A stretch of DNA of 51,245 nt, the filler included, from Ionaspis alba (lineage: Eukaryota): the NCBI GenBank assembly GCA_964255285.1. It is 2 parts of 2 records of this genome, joined end to end, with 100 filler letters (N's around TTAATTAATTAA, not from the genome) between each part and the next. Parts side by side here need not be neighbours in the genome. Positions count along the whole stretch, not along the records: positions 1 to 25,623 come from CAXUUL010000156.1; 1 more part is not named here. One strand, written 5' to 3'. Below the pieces are notes generated by a model that was given only the letters and a program-made list of their open reading frames with translations, was not told the DNA's origin and did no database searches. This document shows, one piece after another, positions 13,423-25,723 of the stretch; position 1 is the stretch's first letter; each line of letters begins with the position of its first letter. The position numbers and the translations under genes are program-made.

Positions 13423-13854
13423 TCACATACGCTGTAAAGTCCTGCAACAGGGCCCCCGGTAATGGCTACAAACAGAGCATCGTTCGGGAGCCAACTTCGG
13501 ATTCATGGTGTTCCCACAACAGTGGCATACCCACCAGCCAGCCATACTCGGGCGACCGGGTACCACACGAATGTTCGGAACAGTCGGCAAGCCATAGCTG
13601 GAATTAGGGGCGTAAGTATAGTCTGATTCAGCGTAGCTGGTTGGGGATGAGGCGTAGCTATAAGTGGGCAGGGTATAAGATGGTATAAACCTAGGTGCGG
13701 TAGCGACATTGGTGACTGGAGAAGAAGACGAAGCAGGGGGTCTGCCGATGGTACAGTTGGTGCACTTGAAGTGTGGACATGTGGCGCATCGCTCCGGGGC
13801 GTGGGCGATGAGATTGAGGTTCTTGCACCTGCAACAGGTCCAGACGTCGGCCAT
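13423..13854 (-). CDS. Small (143 aa) double zinc-finger-like protein, same architecture as 7610-8032
   Basis: ATG at 13854: MADVWTCCRCKNLNLIAHAPERCATCPHFKCTNC, then an S/Y/P-rich linker, then WWVCHCCGNTMNPKLAPERCSVCSHYRGPCC. APERC is repeated internally. Confidence 0.75.
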   Translation of the reverse strand: MADVWTCCRCKNLNLIAHAPERCATCPHFKCTNCTIGRPPASSSSPVTNVATAPRFIPSYTLPTYSYASSPTSYAESDYTYAPNSSYGLPTVPNIRVVPGRPSMAGWWVCHCCGNTMNPKLAPERCSVCSHYRGPCCRTLQRM

Positions 13855-16349
13855 TGTGGAATGAGCGGGATTGTAAATGGAGAAACTTGAACAAATACAA
13901 GTGTGGTGCGGTAGCAAAAGGGTACCAGCGCTGGAAAACAGAGAGGACTGAGATGTGTGGGGCGGCGTGCGTTGGCGGACGGAGCAATTGGGATGGTAAG
14001 GGTGTGTAAGTGGTAGAGGCTGGACTCAAGGTGCGGTGTGAGAGATATGGAGACGAGCAAAGAAGCTGAATCTGAAGCATTAGAATAGATGGGGATGAAA
14101 TGGAATGCATGGGAAGAATAATCATACTCAAGCAGTCGTGGGCTAGGGTTATCAGACGGATCGTGGTAGGGGCAACGGGGAAAGATCGAGCAAGAGGGAG
14201 AGGGTATTGAAGTCGACGGCAATCAGCAGAGTATGACAATCAAATGAATATGAGTATAGAAGAGTGGGGCAGTGTCTGGTTGAATTCTTGTGTGGATACT
14301 GTCAAAAAGTGCAATCTGATATTCGTTTTGCTGTAATGGGTGTGTTTGTTGGAAGCACAATTGAATGTTGCCCTCGATCCCAGAGCGAACAGACGCTCCA
14401 TTATATGCTGGAGCACGCCTCAACTCGATACCATCAGGGCGAGGAGCAGAATTCGGCGGTGCCCTCAGTTTGGGGGCATCAGCTTTCGTTGTCCATTGAC
14501 GATGCTTGTGATTCATTGCCATGACGCGCCTCAGTCGTTGCCAAAGTCAATATTAGCCTTAAAGCACACATCTTACCAGTCAAGCTAGCAAGCTCAAAAC
14601 TGCGGCAACATATGGCTACCCCCACAGAGGTACCAGGTCTGAGAAGCTGTGGCAGGTATGTACTTGAGATAGAAGTCGCATATCCGCGGTGATATTATTC
14701 AGACCAAACGTAATGCCGAGGCACGCCCAGGCAGCGGGACGATGATCGCGACACCAAACACAGGTAGAAACGTGGCACATCATAGAGAAGGAGAAAAACG
14801 TTGAAAGAGAGTTCAGACGCCCTAAAATGGGCTACGGGACATATCAGGTGAGTAAGTAGGTCAACAGCAGTGCTTTTATTGCCCCGAAATTGCTAAAGGG
14901 CACCAACATAATAGTGTCGGAGTGAGCGAGCGTGTACGTAGAGCTTGAAGCTCTGATCTGTCGTTATCATCATCTGTCAAGTGACTGTAAAGAGGGGCTG
15001 TGAACGGAAATTGAATGGGGGATTTGACTCTAATTTGAGACTTGTTCCGATACTCGGCGATAATTGTATGGTTCAATAACGGGGGAGAATAAGGCAAACC
15101 CGGCATTATCTAACGGTCGTGCTTAGCACGAATTGCCTTGCTGGTCGCAGACGTTGAATTTGACTTGCAGCCACTGAGATAAGCTTGTCACGCCTCGTGG
15201 GAATGACAGCTTCACCAGCGACTGCATGCTCGTCATTCGGCGAAGTCCGATCCTTGTTTCGTTCAACATGATGTGCAGCTCATGAAGGATGCGGCACGTG
15301 GAAAGAGCCTCTTGATAGAGTCAAGAAGGACGGAACTTGCAACTAGCGCAATGGATATCATCGGGTCAACGTTTTGGGCGCCTGGACAACCAACTGTGCT
15401 ATCAAAGGCATTCCTCGCGTGCTAGAGTGAACTAGACATGTCTTCCAATTTGGATAGACCATACTGGAAAGCCAGAGATTCGGCATCGCTTGTCGCAGAG
15501 GTGGGAGTGCCGCAAGTAGCCGCAGACGCGAGTATTGACACCCTGCTGCAGCGCCTTACTCTCACCGCTGTTTCACGAGATATCGGACATATCTCGTTTT
15601 CTTAGTACAGAACCGAGTGAAACTACGCCCGGTACTCGGGTCTATCTCTGTAGACGATCGGCTGGGGTTGTTACTCCAAGACACGTGGGATGCTGCTGGG
15701 ACCCTTCTGTTCATCGATCACTGTAGCTATTGGCGCGTGTCAGCAACAGTATGAGCGCATGGCTAGAGCATGGAGATCGGGTGATACCGAGTGACGTTGC
15801 AGTTGGGCTCCAATCACTCGTAGATGTGCATGTAGAGCCCCGATAACTTTGGCAGCTTGGCCTCGTGGACGATGGCAAATGCAGGGCACAACTCTGCCAT
15901 TGAATGTGTCACATCACTCTCTTCATGTTCACCGACATCGGAACCAATGCAAAGATGCACCTATACAAGAGAGAAGTGAGGGGTCGAGCGCTGGAATCGA
16001 GGCTGGGGTATGAGGCTCAAGGCATGACGTTGACCTGAAGCATGTCGTCTGTAGCACTGCGCTAGACCTATTAGAGAATCTCCCATTGCTTTGCTCGAGG
16101 CTGTATACAGTGCATTTGGGACCTTTGGTACGTCATAAAGATGGAATGAATAGAAAGTCAGGTATCCCAATAATCCCACTTAGTTGTCCTATACTCGAGT
16201 ACTTGATGGCCAAACCATGGTGATGACCGATGCTCTAGCGCCGCCCAGACCTAGCCAGAGAATGCCTCTCCAAAACCCAACCTCTCCCACTAACCCTGAC
16301 ATCAACTGCATACTCCATCCTTAAAAGCATAGCGCCTGGAATCCAAAAC

Positions 16350-19300
16350 TCAGTTCTCGAACTCCACGATCTTCTCTACTCCCGAGCCTTCACTGGACAG
16401 AGCCGTATGCCCATGCTCAACCAGTCCATCGCTGGCCTCCTTGATGCTTCCGACCTCTGCGCCATCCAAGAGATCTCGATCTCGTTCCCTGACGCTTCGC
16501 CTTTCGGCATCACCCCCATACATGCCGGGTGTCTTGGCTTCCTCCTCATCATCCTCGTAGTCATCCTCACGACCAAGTGCATTCTTTTCCATCTCCTTCT
16601 GCGCTTCGTCCATTCTTTTGCGCACTTCAGCCGCCACCCGCATGCCATCGCTCACAATGTTATCCAATACACCCCGCAATCCTTTCGATGCAGGGGGATT
16701 CGATGATGTGGCCGATGGATTGAGACTTTGTCGAGAGCTGATGCTGCTGAATGTTGTGAGAGTGGGTGTTTGAATGGAGAAGCTGCTCGAGGTACGACCA
16801 ACTGGGGTAGGAGACAGATGGAAAGATTCCGCGAAGCTGAACTCAAAGAATTGTTGAAGCAGTTCGTCAGCTAGGATGACCATTCGAAATGTTGGCAGTG
16901 TTATGTGTAGAGGATTGGCAGGGTCGAGAGCGAGATTTGCCGCTTGTTTCGCAAGGGGACTTTGCGGAGACTGAGGAATCAGCGACGTCGAGCGTGTATC
17001 GGATGACTTCAACGAGGTGGTACTGCCAGTCAGCTTGACGTTTTCGGACCTACTGCTCGAGGCTTTAGATGAAACACCTCCATCCGAAACATCAATAAGA
17101 TCATCGTCGTCCTCGTCACCAACGGCAAACTTGTCCATTTGGGTGATCATCTTCTGGCCACCATTCATGAGCGTGTGATCTTGGTTTTGTGGATGGTCCG
17201 GGTCTGCGTATTCAAAACAACGTCTGATAAATGCGCTCACACTGTTTAGAAACCTCTCTCCTAGATTGGAGCCATTCGTTGTCTCTGTTCCTTGTACATC
17301 GCCATGGATAGATTCGTCGGCTCCGTCAGCCGAAGACCCTATCAGTGTGAAGTTGCCTTCGAGTCCTCTACGTGTAAGAAATAGAAGAGCTTCGGATATC
17401 CTCAAAATACCTTCACGACTAACTTTGCCGTCCTGGTCATCATCGTAAAGATTGAAGAAGTAGCTGATACTACTCATTAGATCCATGCTTCCTTTGATGT
17501 CAGCGATTCCGGACACAACGTTCTGCAAACTCAGACCATCGTTGTCTTGTTTGTTCCATTGACCATACAATCGCTGCATGAAGTCGTGGTCGGCGGGCTC
17601 CGATACTCGTCGACCCATGGGTGTCGATGGAAAATCTCGGCTTCGTGGAGTCGGAGCGTTCAAATACCTGGATTCTCTGTCGAACGATAGATCACCGAGA
17701 GGCGTCCTTGGCGAATCGGCGACAGCCCATCTCGTGACACCAGCTAAGAAGTCTCTGAAGCCGTCATAATTCATCAGCTCAGGAGAAGGACCAATGCCAA
17801 CACGGCCCATTTCCACCCCATTGCTGCTAGAATCTCCGCTCGCAATCTCCGTGGCCTTTCTCGTGCCAGCTGTTGCCCGCTTCTCCAATTCCTCCCGTAG
17901 GATTTGCATGTTTCTCTCCTGTTCATAAAGAATTCCATAAAATCGGTCATAGAGGAAGCTCAGATCTTCGGCGTTCAGTCGCTTGCTATCCGGCCCAAGA
18001 TTGCGTATTGAAGTACGCTTAGCGAAAGTTTCTATACTATCCAGAACTGCATCTTTGTGTTTGGCTCTTTGTTCAGAAATGGTGTTCTGAGTAATGCCAG
18101 CAAATTCCTTGAAAGCTACCACCATAAGTTCCTGGAACCTGGTAACCGAGCGGAGCTTCTCATTTTCGCTCTTTGGGTGCGCCGATTCGTTTAGACGTGA
18201 GAAGTAGGTCTTCAGGATCGATATGAAAGTACCATCATCTGTTACGTCTAGCAAGTCCTCTCCGTTGATCCTCAAAATCGCTAACCCAACCTGGAACAGG
18301 ACCTTCGGACCTTCTAAGAAGAAAACATCTAACACCCTAAAAGCAAATACAAGAGGCATTGAGTTGATGTACAGAGAGAGAAACCATGGCAAGGATACCA
18401 CGGAGAGCTGGACATCTGATCTGACTAGGTGTTCCCAAAGAATCGGCATTGTCTTCTCCACCAGGGACTCAAAAACGCGCTGATCTAGGAGGGTCCCGTG
18501 CATTGTGATTGAATAATAGCCAGGCAGAAGCCTGTCACACAAAACAGAGAGTATGGAAAATGCTTGCGATTCGGACATGTATCTGGTGTTGTCAGTAATG
18601 GAAGTCAGGCCAGGGCTGGACTCGTACATGAGCAATGCTGCAACCACAATATTCATAGCTTGACAATACCCAACGTCGGCATTCACCCAGCTGTAAGCTG
18701 TGAGAACGCGCCTGAGGCGGCCAATGCCCTCCTCGCTCTGGAAGCCCGGATACTCAGGCAGTGACCGGTTGAGATCTTTCTCGATTTCGTCAATGGCAAG
18801 TGATTCACGACCATTGAACTTTGACAGTGTCCGACTGTAGAGCTTCGGATCTTGCAAGCGAAGAAACAAGGACCCAGATGTCAACTCCCACATTTCACCA
18901 CGAAGGCGATTTGGGAGTCCGACGCGTATTAGCTTATGATAGCCAGGCTGTCTCATCAAAGTGATATTTCGACCATTCTCTGCCACCGGCTTAGTTAAGA
19001 GGATAGCGGGTAAAGTGGAGACCAACCTCGAAGGTACTCCGCCCATAGTCTCATCTTACTGCGATCGCGAAGCTTCTTTGGGTCGCCTGGATATCGAAAG
19101 ACCATGCCTAAGCCGGCATCTGGAGGTTCCCTGGGTGCGCCGTCCTGCTTGACACCATCCTTGGGCTTCATACTCTGCCCAGATAACAGGTATTCCGAGT
19201 AACACTCTACCACAATGGCTTTAAGGTTTTCAACTTGTTTGACCCCATTCCGAAGGCCCTTCTTGAGACCATCACAAAACCTATCACATGCCTGCTGGCT

Positions 19301-19843
19301 TCCAGCAAATTGAAGTGTGAACCGCTGAGGATCAGAGCGTGCTGCTTGCTCTCCAGGTCCTAAGGTAGATCCATTCCACGTTGTAACGGCCAGTGCAAAC
19401 AGCGCGTTCGGCGTGTGGAGTCTCTCTACCTTTCTGATGGCGCAGAGCGCTAAGGTAAATCCATTGCCGGCTGGACCTGACCCATTGGTCTGACCAGTGA
19501 ATGCGCTAGAAGCCTGTATACTAGCATTGGGAAGAAAACTTGTAGCTTGCGTAGAAAAGCACAAGTAATTCTCGCTCAGATGGAGCTTTCCAGCATATAT
19601 GTTCCCCTGCGGTCGCCCAGCCTTCTCGCCGTCTGTTGATTTCGAAGTTGAAGGTGCACGCGGCAGGGTGAGTGTCAGTTCTGCAGTTATTTCACATAAT
19701 GGAGATTCGGAGTCAGGCAGGCGGAATTGATGTCGAAAGAGTGTCGCTTTGGAAGGTTTTCTGTCAGCTACTTTAGAGGTTGGGGAGAGCGCAGGATCAA
19801 TGAAAGATTGAGCCTTTTGCACGAAGGAACTGAGATTGAACAT
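16350..19843 (-). CDS. GYP2: Rab GTPase-activating protein (GRAM/PH-like + TBC + EF-hand), GYP2/MDR1 type
   Basis: TBC motifs IEKDLNRSL and GYCQAMN, EF-hand LYDDDQDGKVSREG. Introns 19026-18980 and 18627-18583 join the two ORF-track fragments. Confidence 0.92.
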
Positions 19844-20526
19844 ATTTATGACTCTCGAAGCATCGCGCAGTTGACGCTTAGCCTCGCAAAATCCAGTACC
19901 ATTCCAAATACTAGAGACAAGCTACCGAGACAGTGTGTTTGATCAGCACCACCATTCATCCTCCAAAATCTGAGGAGCTCCGATTGATAAGGCTGATAGG
20001 GCTGAAAATCGTTGCCAAGCATTTCGTTTCTCTATCAACGGGACAACATTGGAGACTGATTAACTATTGCTGAGCCGGAAATCAATACCAAGCTCTACAT
20101 GGTTGTTACGAAGATCATATGTCGATGCTTTATTGACGTAGAGTCGTACAGTAGTTTCATGCTTGCACTAGTGCACCTCTACGAGATGCCAATAGCATTA
20201 CTGCTGAGAACAATAGGCCGGATCCGGCACATTGAAGAGAGAGTCAATGAGCGATTCAATAAAGGCTTCCACGATATGGAATCATGAGCTGACCAATTCA
20301 TCTCCTCTTTCTTCAGCTTTCCTACTCATCTTCACCCGTCTCCTCTTTACTTTGTCCTTTCATCTTCACTTCTAGATGATCAATCAAGTGCTAACTTTAC
20401 CTGGTCTGATCTGTGAACTGCACTAAAGGCTGGTCTGTACCAAATCACGTTAGATCTTGTGATCCTCCTCATCATCATTCACGTCTTCTCCCATCTCAAG
20501 TCATCACATTCCACTGAAACGCTCCA

Positions 20527-23085
20527 ATGCCATATCCCAAAAAGTTCATGTCAGAACACGGCAATGGTAAGGCCGAGGAGGGTAGCAACGATATAACTGT
20601 GCCGGAGCCAAACAAGCCGACTCAAGATGGTGAAAGTCTGGTAGATGAGCAGGTAGGCCGAGAAGCTGGAAGCCGCTCTGGTCACGGATCTGAAACAAGC
20701 TCCAAGGTAGGCCGAATCTTCTCCGCACCTGCAATTTTCAACGATCTCACATTTTAGAACTGGGTACCCGGGCAGCCTTTCATCAAAAAACAAGAAGTCT
20801 TCATCGCCCCTCAAGGTCCTGAAATTTATCCTCATCCAAGAGATCGTCGACCGATACCTTTCCGCTCGCTCATGGCTAGAATTCCTCCTGGAGATCGACC
20901 GAAACCTAGAATCGTGCCAGAAGACGTGTTCGTGCGGACGTTGTCCTCGCCAGCCGCGGCTCTTCCTCTGAGTGAGGAAGGAGCTACGGCACAAGACCTT
21001 GTCGCCACTCTCCATCTACAAAACGAGGCAGAAGTCAACATCGTACATCACAGTTTGACAGATGCTCTGGGAGCTCAGAAGTCGGCTGAAGCTCAGGTAG
21101 AGGAGTTGAAAAAAGCTGTGGATCCGGCGAGGACAGAGTCAGCAATTGAGCGTGGCAAGCTGCAGGCTCGAGCTGATATGATTGAGCCATTGCAAATCAA
21201 GAACACGGAACTTGTACAGCAGTTGCAGGCTCAAGAGAAGGAAGCTGATGAACAATCTCGAAAGAAGGAAGAGGAGATCCAACAGCTCAAGAAAACTATA
21301 TCCGAGCTTAACATTATAAAGAACAAGAATGAAGGCGCTGTTGAACAGCAGCAGAATGAGCTCGAGCAGTCCGAGGCAGCGAAAGCTTTTTCTACAGCTG
21401 GAGCGGATGATTCTAGCAATGTTAAACAGGGTGAGAAAGGCTTGGAGGAGTTGAACAGGAGTCTTCAGATCAGGCTGGACGATAGGCTAACGGCAGTCGA
21501 AGAGTTTAGAAAGGTTCGAGACGAACAACGCGAGGAAATCAAACGGCTTACACAGCAAATTTCTCTGATGGATCGCGAAAATCAAACAAAAACGAGACAG
21601 ATAGACCAGCTTGAGAGCACGATCAAAGAGCGGACTGGTGAGATTGAGAACAACGCCAATCTTATCCAGCAAGAAGTTCAGAAGCAGAAGGACCTCAAAC
21701 AAAGAATCCATAATCTGGAAGCTGCCAATGCGGACTTGATTGAGAAGTCTATTAATTCTTTCAGCAATAGTCCCAAGACAGCTCACCATATCAAAAAGCT
21801 AGAGAACGAGCTTAGCCAGATCAAAGCTGAGCTAACCGACGTCAAGAGAAATGGGGAACGTGACCGGAAGGATTTGGATTCGACACGGATCCGCCTTTCC
21901 GAAGCCAAGAGACTGATCAGCACCCTCGAAAGAGAGAAGACAGTGCTTAAAGGTAAAGCTGCGCTCGGAGAAAATGCCCACGCAAAGGCAGAAGGTGCTC
22001 AGATGGAGCTTTCAAGGTTGAGGAAAGAGATGGTCGGACTCCAGGAAGACATCGAGCAACTCGTGGAGGAAAAGCAGGAACTGGAACTTTGGCGGGCTGA
22101 CGATCTGCAATTCAAAGATGCCTTCGAAAAAGCCAAACAGGAACTCCTAGGCGAGAAGGAGCTCTACGAGCAAGAACGTCGGATGCATGCAGAGGCACGC
22201 GGTATCATTGGCCAGCAGAGCAAGCACCTTGCTCAGCTGACAAAGGAGAGGGATGAAGCCAGGGAAGTAGTGCAACTGCAGGAGGAGGAAGCCACAGTAC
22301 CCGTCGGTATGGACCGAAAGACCCTTAATCTGGCCGCGGAGCTCGAAAAACACGAACTGCAGGAAGAAATCGATCCTATCCAGCTGATAAAGGACGAGCA
22401 TAGAAACTTTGACTTTGAACTTGCAAGAAAGCCATACGATATTTATGACTATACTAATTTTGACGTTCCAGAAGGTAGACGAACAAACGTGGTATATATC
22501 ACTATTCAGCTAGTCGTTGAAAGTAGTGCTAATTGTGAACAGGCATTTCAGCAGTTTCTCGAGGAGAATGGAGGGGTCCCTGAACCGGAAGACGAGTCTG
22601 ACGTCGACTCGTCCGAGGTTCACGGTCTCCTTGCCACTAGCCCTGTGGCCCACGGTCCTTCGAGGGAAAATCATTCCACAGATATTTACAGAGGCACGGT
22701 CCAAGACGCTTGGGAGTCCCCGCCCGGCCCTTTCCCAGGAACAGTGAACAGTACCAGGAAGAAGAAAACGACCCACGCGCTTTCAGTAGACTTTCTTGGT
22801 CCACAAATTACTAATTCGGAAGAGAGCAGTTTCTTCGTATCCTTCTGGTGCACCTGGGCTCCTGGCGTCACTGCCGTGGCATGGTTTTGCTTGCTGCTGG
22901 CATTCGTGACGTGCACCGCCACTAGCATGGCATGTACGGAGGAGAAAGAAAAGTGGTTGGCCGCCAATCATACGACGTATGACATGTTCATCGAGCTGAA
23001 GTCTGGCATCACGGCTGCTGCCGGAATTGTTGGAACGACTGTTCTTACGTACGGCTGGGTCAAGAACTGGGAACCGAAGGTATAG
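20527..23085 (+). CDS. Long coiled-coil protein with C-terminal hydrophobic (membrane-anchor) segments, about 835 aa
   Basis: Exon 20527-20706, intron 20707-20757 (GTAGGC...TTTTAG), then in frame with the 737-aa ORF. E/K/Q/L-rich heptad region; C-terminal VAWFCLLLAFVTC and AAAGIVGTTVLTYGW segments. Confidence 0.75.
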
Positions 23086-23428
23086 AGCAAACCATTGTTC
23101 TGATGGTGGACCATATCATCAAATTTCAAGGAGAAGGTGGCTGCAGGGGATAGGATCTCAGAGAATTTGTTTCGGAGATAGGAGGTGGTTTGTGAACGAT
23201 GCACGATATGTTGGACTTCGGAAATATCATCCATGACTTGGGGTGGTCAATTGCAGGAAAGGTCGATGGGTAGAAAATGAGACCTTGCACACTTGGGTTC
23301 GACGTCCTTTTCGCAGTTCAAACAGTGTAGACTAGTGAAAAACTCGTCCCTAGCAATGCGAATTTTTGTCTCCTTAGGGTTCACGATTTAGAGCGTAAAG
23401 AGATGAGCGATGAATGGTATTCACTTAT

Positions 23429-24593
23429 CTATAACCTAACCTTCTCATCTCCACGGACAGCCTTGATCCTGAAATTCGTCCTCGGATAGTGTATCCTAAT
23501 CTCCTCTCCCGATTTCGCCTGGCACGCCATAACCAGCTCGTGCGGCGTCAAACTCAGTAACTTACCTCGATCATGATGCTTGAAACCTGAATCCAACGGC
23601 CAAGCTTCGACCTCCTGTCCTTTCGTGAGCTTCAGTGGATCTGCCTCGACTTGCCCCTCTAATTCTGCAAAATTCGCCTGCAGGACATGCTTGATAGCTT
23701 CTGGGCCCTTGAGGGTCGTCGGTTTTTTGCTCTTTTTCTTCGCCTCGTCAACGGCCTTACTGAATCTCTCCACCCACGCAAAGACTTTGGGGAATTGTGT
23801 CGCCGAGATGAACTCCTTGGGCAAAGCGCCCTTCAAGCCTATGACCCAGTGGAACGGCCATACAGCTGGTTGTATCCATGTTAGAAAGCTCGAAACCACG
23901 ACCAATTTAGCACCATGTCGTGTGTACTTACCCTCAATATCTGCCAACGAAGGTGTCTTGCCTCGAAGAATCCATTCTCTTCCGTCTTTTAACACTTCCT
24001 CCAAAAGCTCAAAAGCTTCCTTCATCGCAGTTATGGCTTCTGGCCGTCCATTTTCAATATCCTCCGTCGACCAACTGCGTCCAGTGAGTTCCTCTCTGTC
24101 AGCTTTGAACTTCGCATCTTTGAGCAGGGGCATCTCAGGCGGAATTAGCTGCGACGCGCGTCTGAAAATACCGCCGTCTATGCACCATTTTGATAGCAGT
24201 TGCTGTAGTGCACGCTGATCAGGGTCGGTCGCTCCAAGTGGGTTGTCGGGGAAGAGGGTCTCGAGTTTGGAGATTATGAGCCGCGTATCGCAGTAGATGT
24301 CGCGCCCGATAGTGAGCACGGGAATGCGGCGGTACTGGACGCCGAGGGCGGCGAGGTTGGGACGGGGAAGGATTGGCGGTTGGATCTATATGGTGTCATT
24401 TGGGGAGAAAAGGGTATGTGGGAGAGAATGGAACGAACGCATTGGGCGTAGTCGATGCCTCGGAGGGCGAGATACCATGTTATCTGGTGAACTGCCATCA
24501 GCAATGACCTGAAAATCGTGAATCGAGACCTACACGGCGAGCAAAGGGAGAGAATGAGTAGTGGTAGAGCACAATATCATTGGGTGCAGCCAT
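23429..24593 (-). CDS. Glutathione S-transferase family protein
   Basis: Spliced N-terminus MAAPNDIVLYHYSFSPFARR|ITWYLALRGIDYAQC|IQPPILPRP...YRRIPVLTIGRDIYCDTRLI, plus PSLADI in the C-domain. Three GT-AG introns, the last at 23931-23866. Confidence 0.9.
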
Positions 24594-25038
24594 TGTGGTT
24601 AACGTTGCTGTCGGAGACCGGATTCCGGTGCTCTAGAGATTGTGTCTTTCCAGATGCAGGCTTCAGAACTATGTACATAGAATGCTCCACGACAAGATAG
24701 GCACGCGCTGTGTGGGCCGTTGCCCTCCCATAAATTGGACCCCATTTCGCTCACCAGCCTTGCTCCTTCAACTGCGTCATGTCTCATGAGCCGAGGTTGT
24801 TTTGAACGGAAGACGCTAGCCAGATGCGCTCGACAACTCCATGTCCTTGATCCTTGTTCGGAAATACATCCAGTGCGGCGAACAGTATATCCTTTGATAT
24901 TGTTACACCTTCACTCTGCAAGACCCAACCTGTATGTCGATTTCACTGCTTCTTTTTCTCGTCTCGTCCTCTCTTTCCGTAGTACTCATTCCTTCTTTTG
25001 CATTAAACACAAGCCTCGCACTTTTTCAATGTCATCAC

Positions 25039-25263
25039 TTACATCTTCTTGCCTCGATCTGCCTCCGTTGCTGTCCCCTCTAGCCGATCTAGGGCCTCCT
25101 CAATTAAGCCGATATGTCCTCTTAAAGTACCCTCCAGCTCATCCATGCGCGCTTCATGCTCCTCGAGGTTGTAGATATGGTGTGCGCGAAGGAGGTAAGT
25201 GGAGCTGGCTATGGCACTGAGATTGATGCCGAGGAGAAGGAGAGGGTTGCGCAGGAAAGACAT
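25039..25263 (-). CDS. Small 74-aa protein with an N-terminal hydrophobic segment and a short coiled coil
   Basis: Good start context (ATAGCAGCCATG). LLLLGINLSAIASSTYLL is followed by the amphipathic ARMDELEGTLRGHIGLIEEALDRLE. Confidence 0.6.
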   Translation of the reverse strand: MSFLRNPLLLLGINLSAIASSTYLLRAHHIYNLEEHEARMDELEGTLRGHIGLIEEALDRLEGTATEADRGKKM

Positions 25264-25529
25264 GGCTGCTATTGTCTGAAGTTGTCGAAGACGATATATT
25301 TCTTATCCAGAGAAAGATTGTATCTCATTGTAAACATCGATGGCATCATCGATCCGCAGAGCCTCGCGCTAGGGAGATCAATCTACGCGAACGCGTCTAC
25401 CCGCGGGGCTACGCTCCCGCAGAGTCCGATGATAATACATCTGTGACTGTATCGTTCATACAATGTTATACCAACTATCACCAAGATGTTATCTACACGA
25501 TCGGAAGCCCTAGAACCGTACCAACGACA

Positions 25530-25623
25530 ATGTCGTCCTCCCAACCCTTCCTCACCTCCTCCCCACTCTCCCTTGCCGGCAGCATCGGCCGTCGCAAATC
25601 CCGCTTCACCTACAAGCATCTCT
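25530..25623 (+). CDS. RAD30: Probable N-terminus of DNA polymerase eta (Y-family), truncated by the assembly gap
   Basis: MSSSQPFLTSSPLSLAGSIGRRKSRFTYKHL resembles the SRFTY(R/K)HL leader that precedes the IAHIDLDAFY motif in filamentous-fungal pol eta. The catalytic motif itself is not visible. Confidence 0.6.
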
Positions 25624-25723
25624 NNNNNNNNNNNNNNNNNNNNNNNNNNNNNNNNNNNNNNNNNNNNTTAATTAATTAANNNNNNNNNNNNNNNNNNNNN
25701 NNNNNNNNNNNNNNNNNNNNNNN
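25624..25723. other. Artificial scaffold linker (N44-TTAATTAATTAA-N44)
   Basis: Exactly 44 N, a 12-mer with stops in all six frames (25668-25679), then 44 N. Genes on both sides are cut off. Confidence 0.95.

Noticed and set aside
13503..14239. 239-aa and 182-aa ORFs overlapping the second zinc-finger gene
   Set aside because: Alternative frames through a pyrimidine-rich leader; S/P/L/H-biased with no motif.
15851..15903. GGCAGCTTGGCCTCGTGG resembles the start of a tRNA-Leu/Ser
   Set aside because: No T-arm (GTTCRA) and no cloverleaf can be built.
23580..24218. 212-aa plus-strand ORF
   Set aside because: Antisense shadow of the GST coding sequence.
25668..25679. Perfect palindrome TTAATTAATTAA
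   Set aside because: Synthetic six-frame-stop spacer between N runs, not biological.
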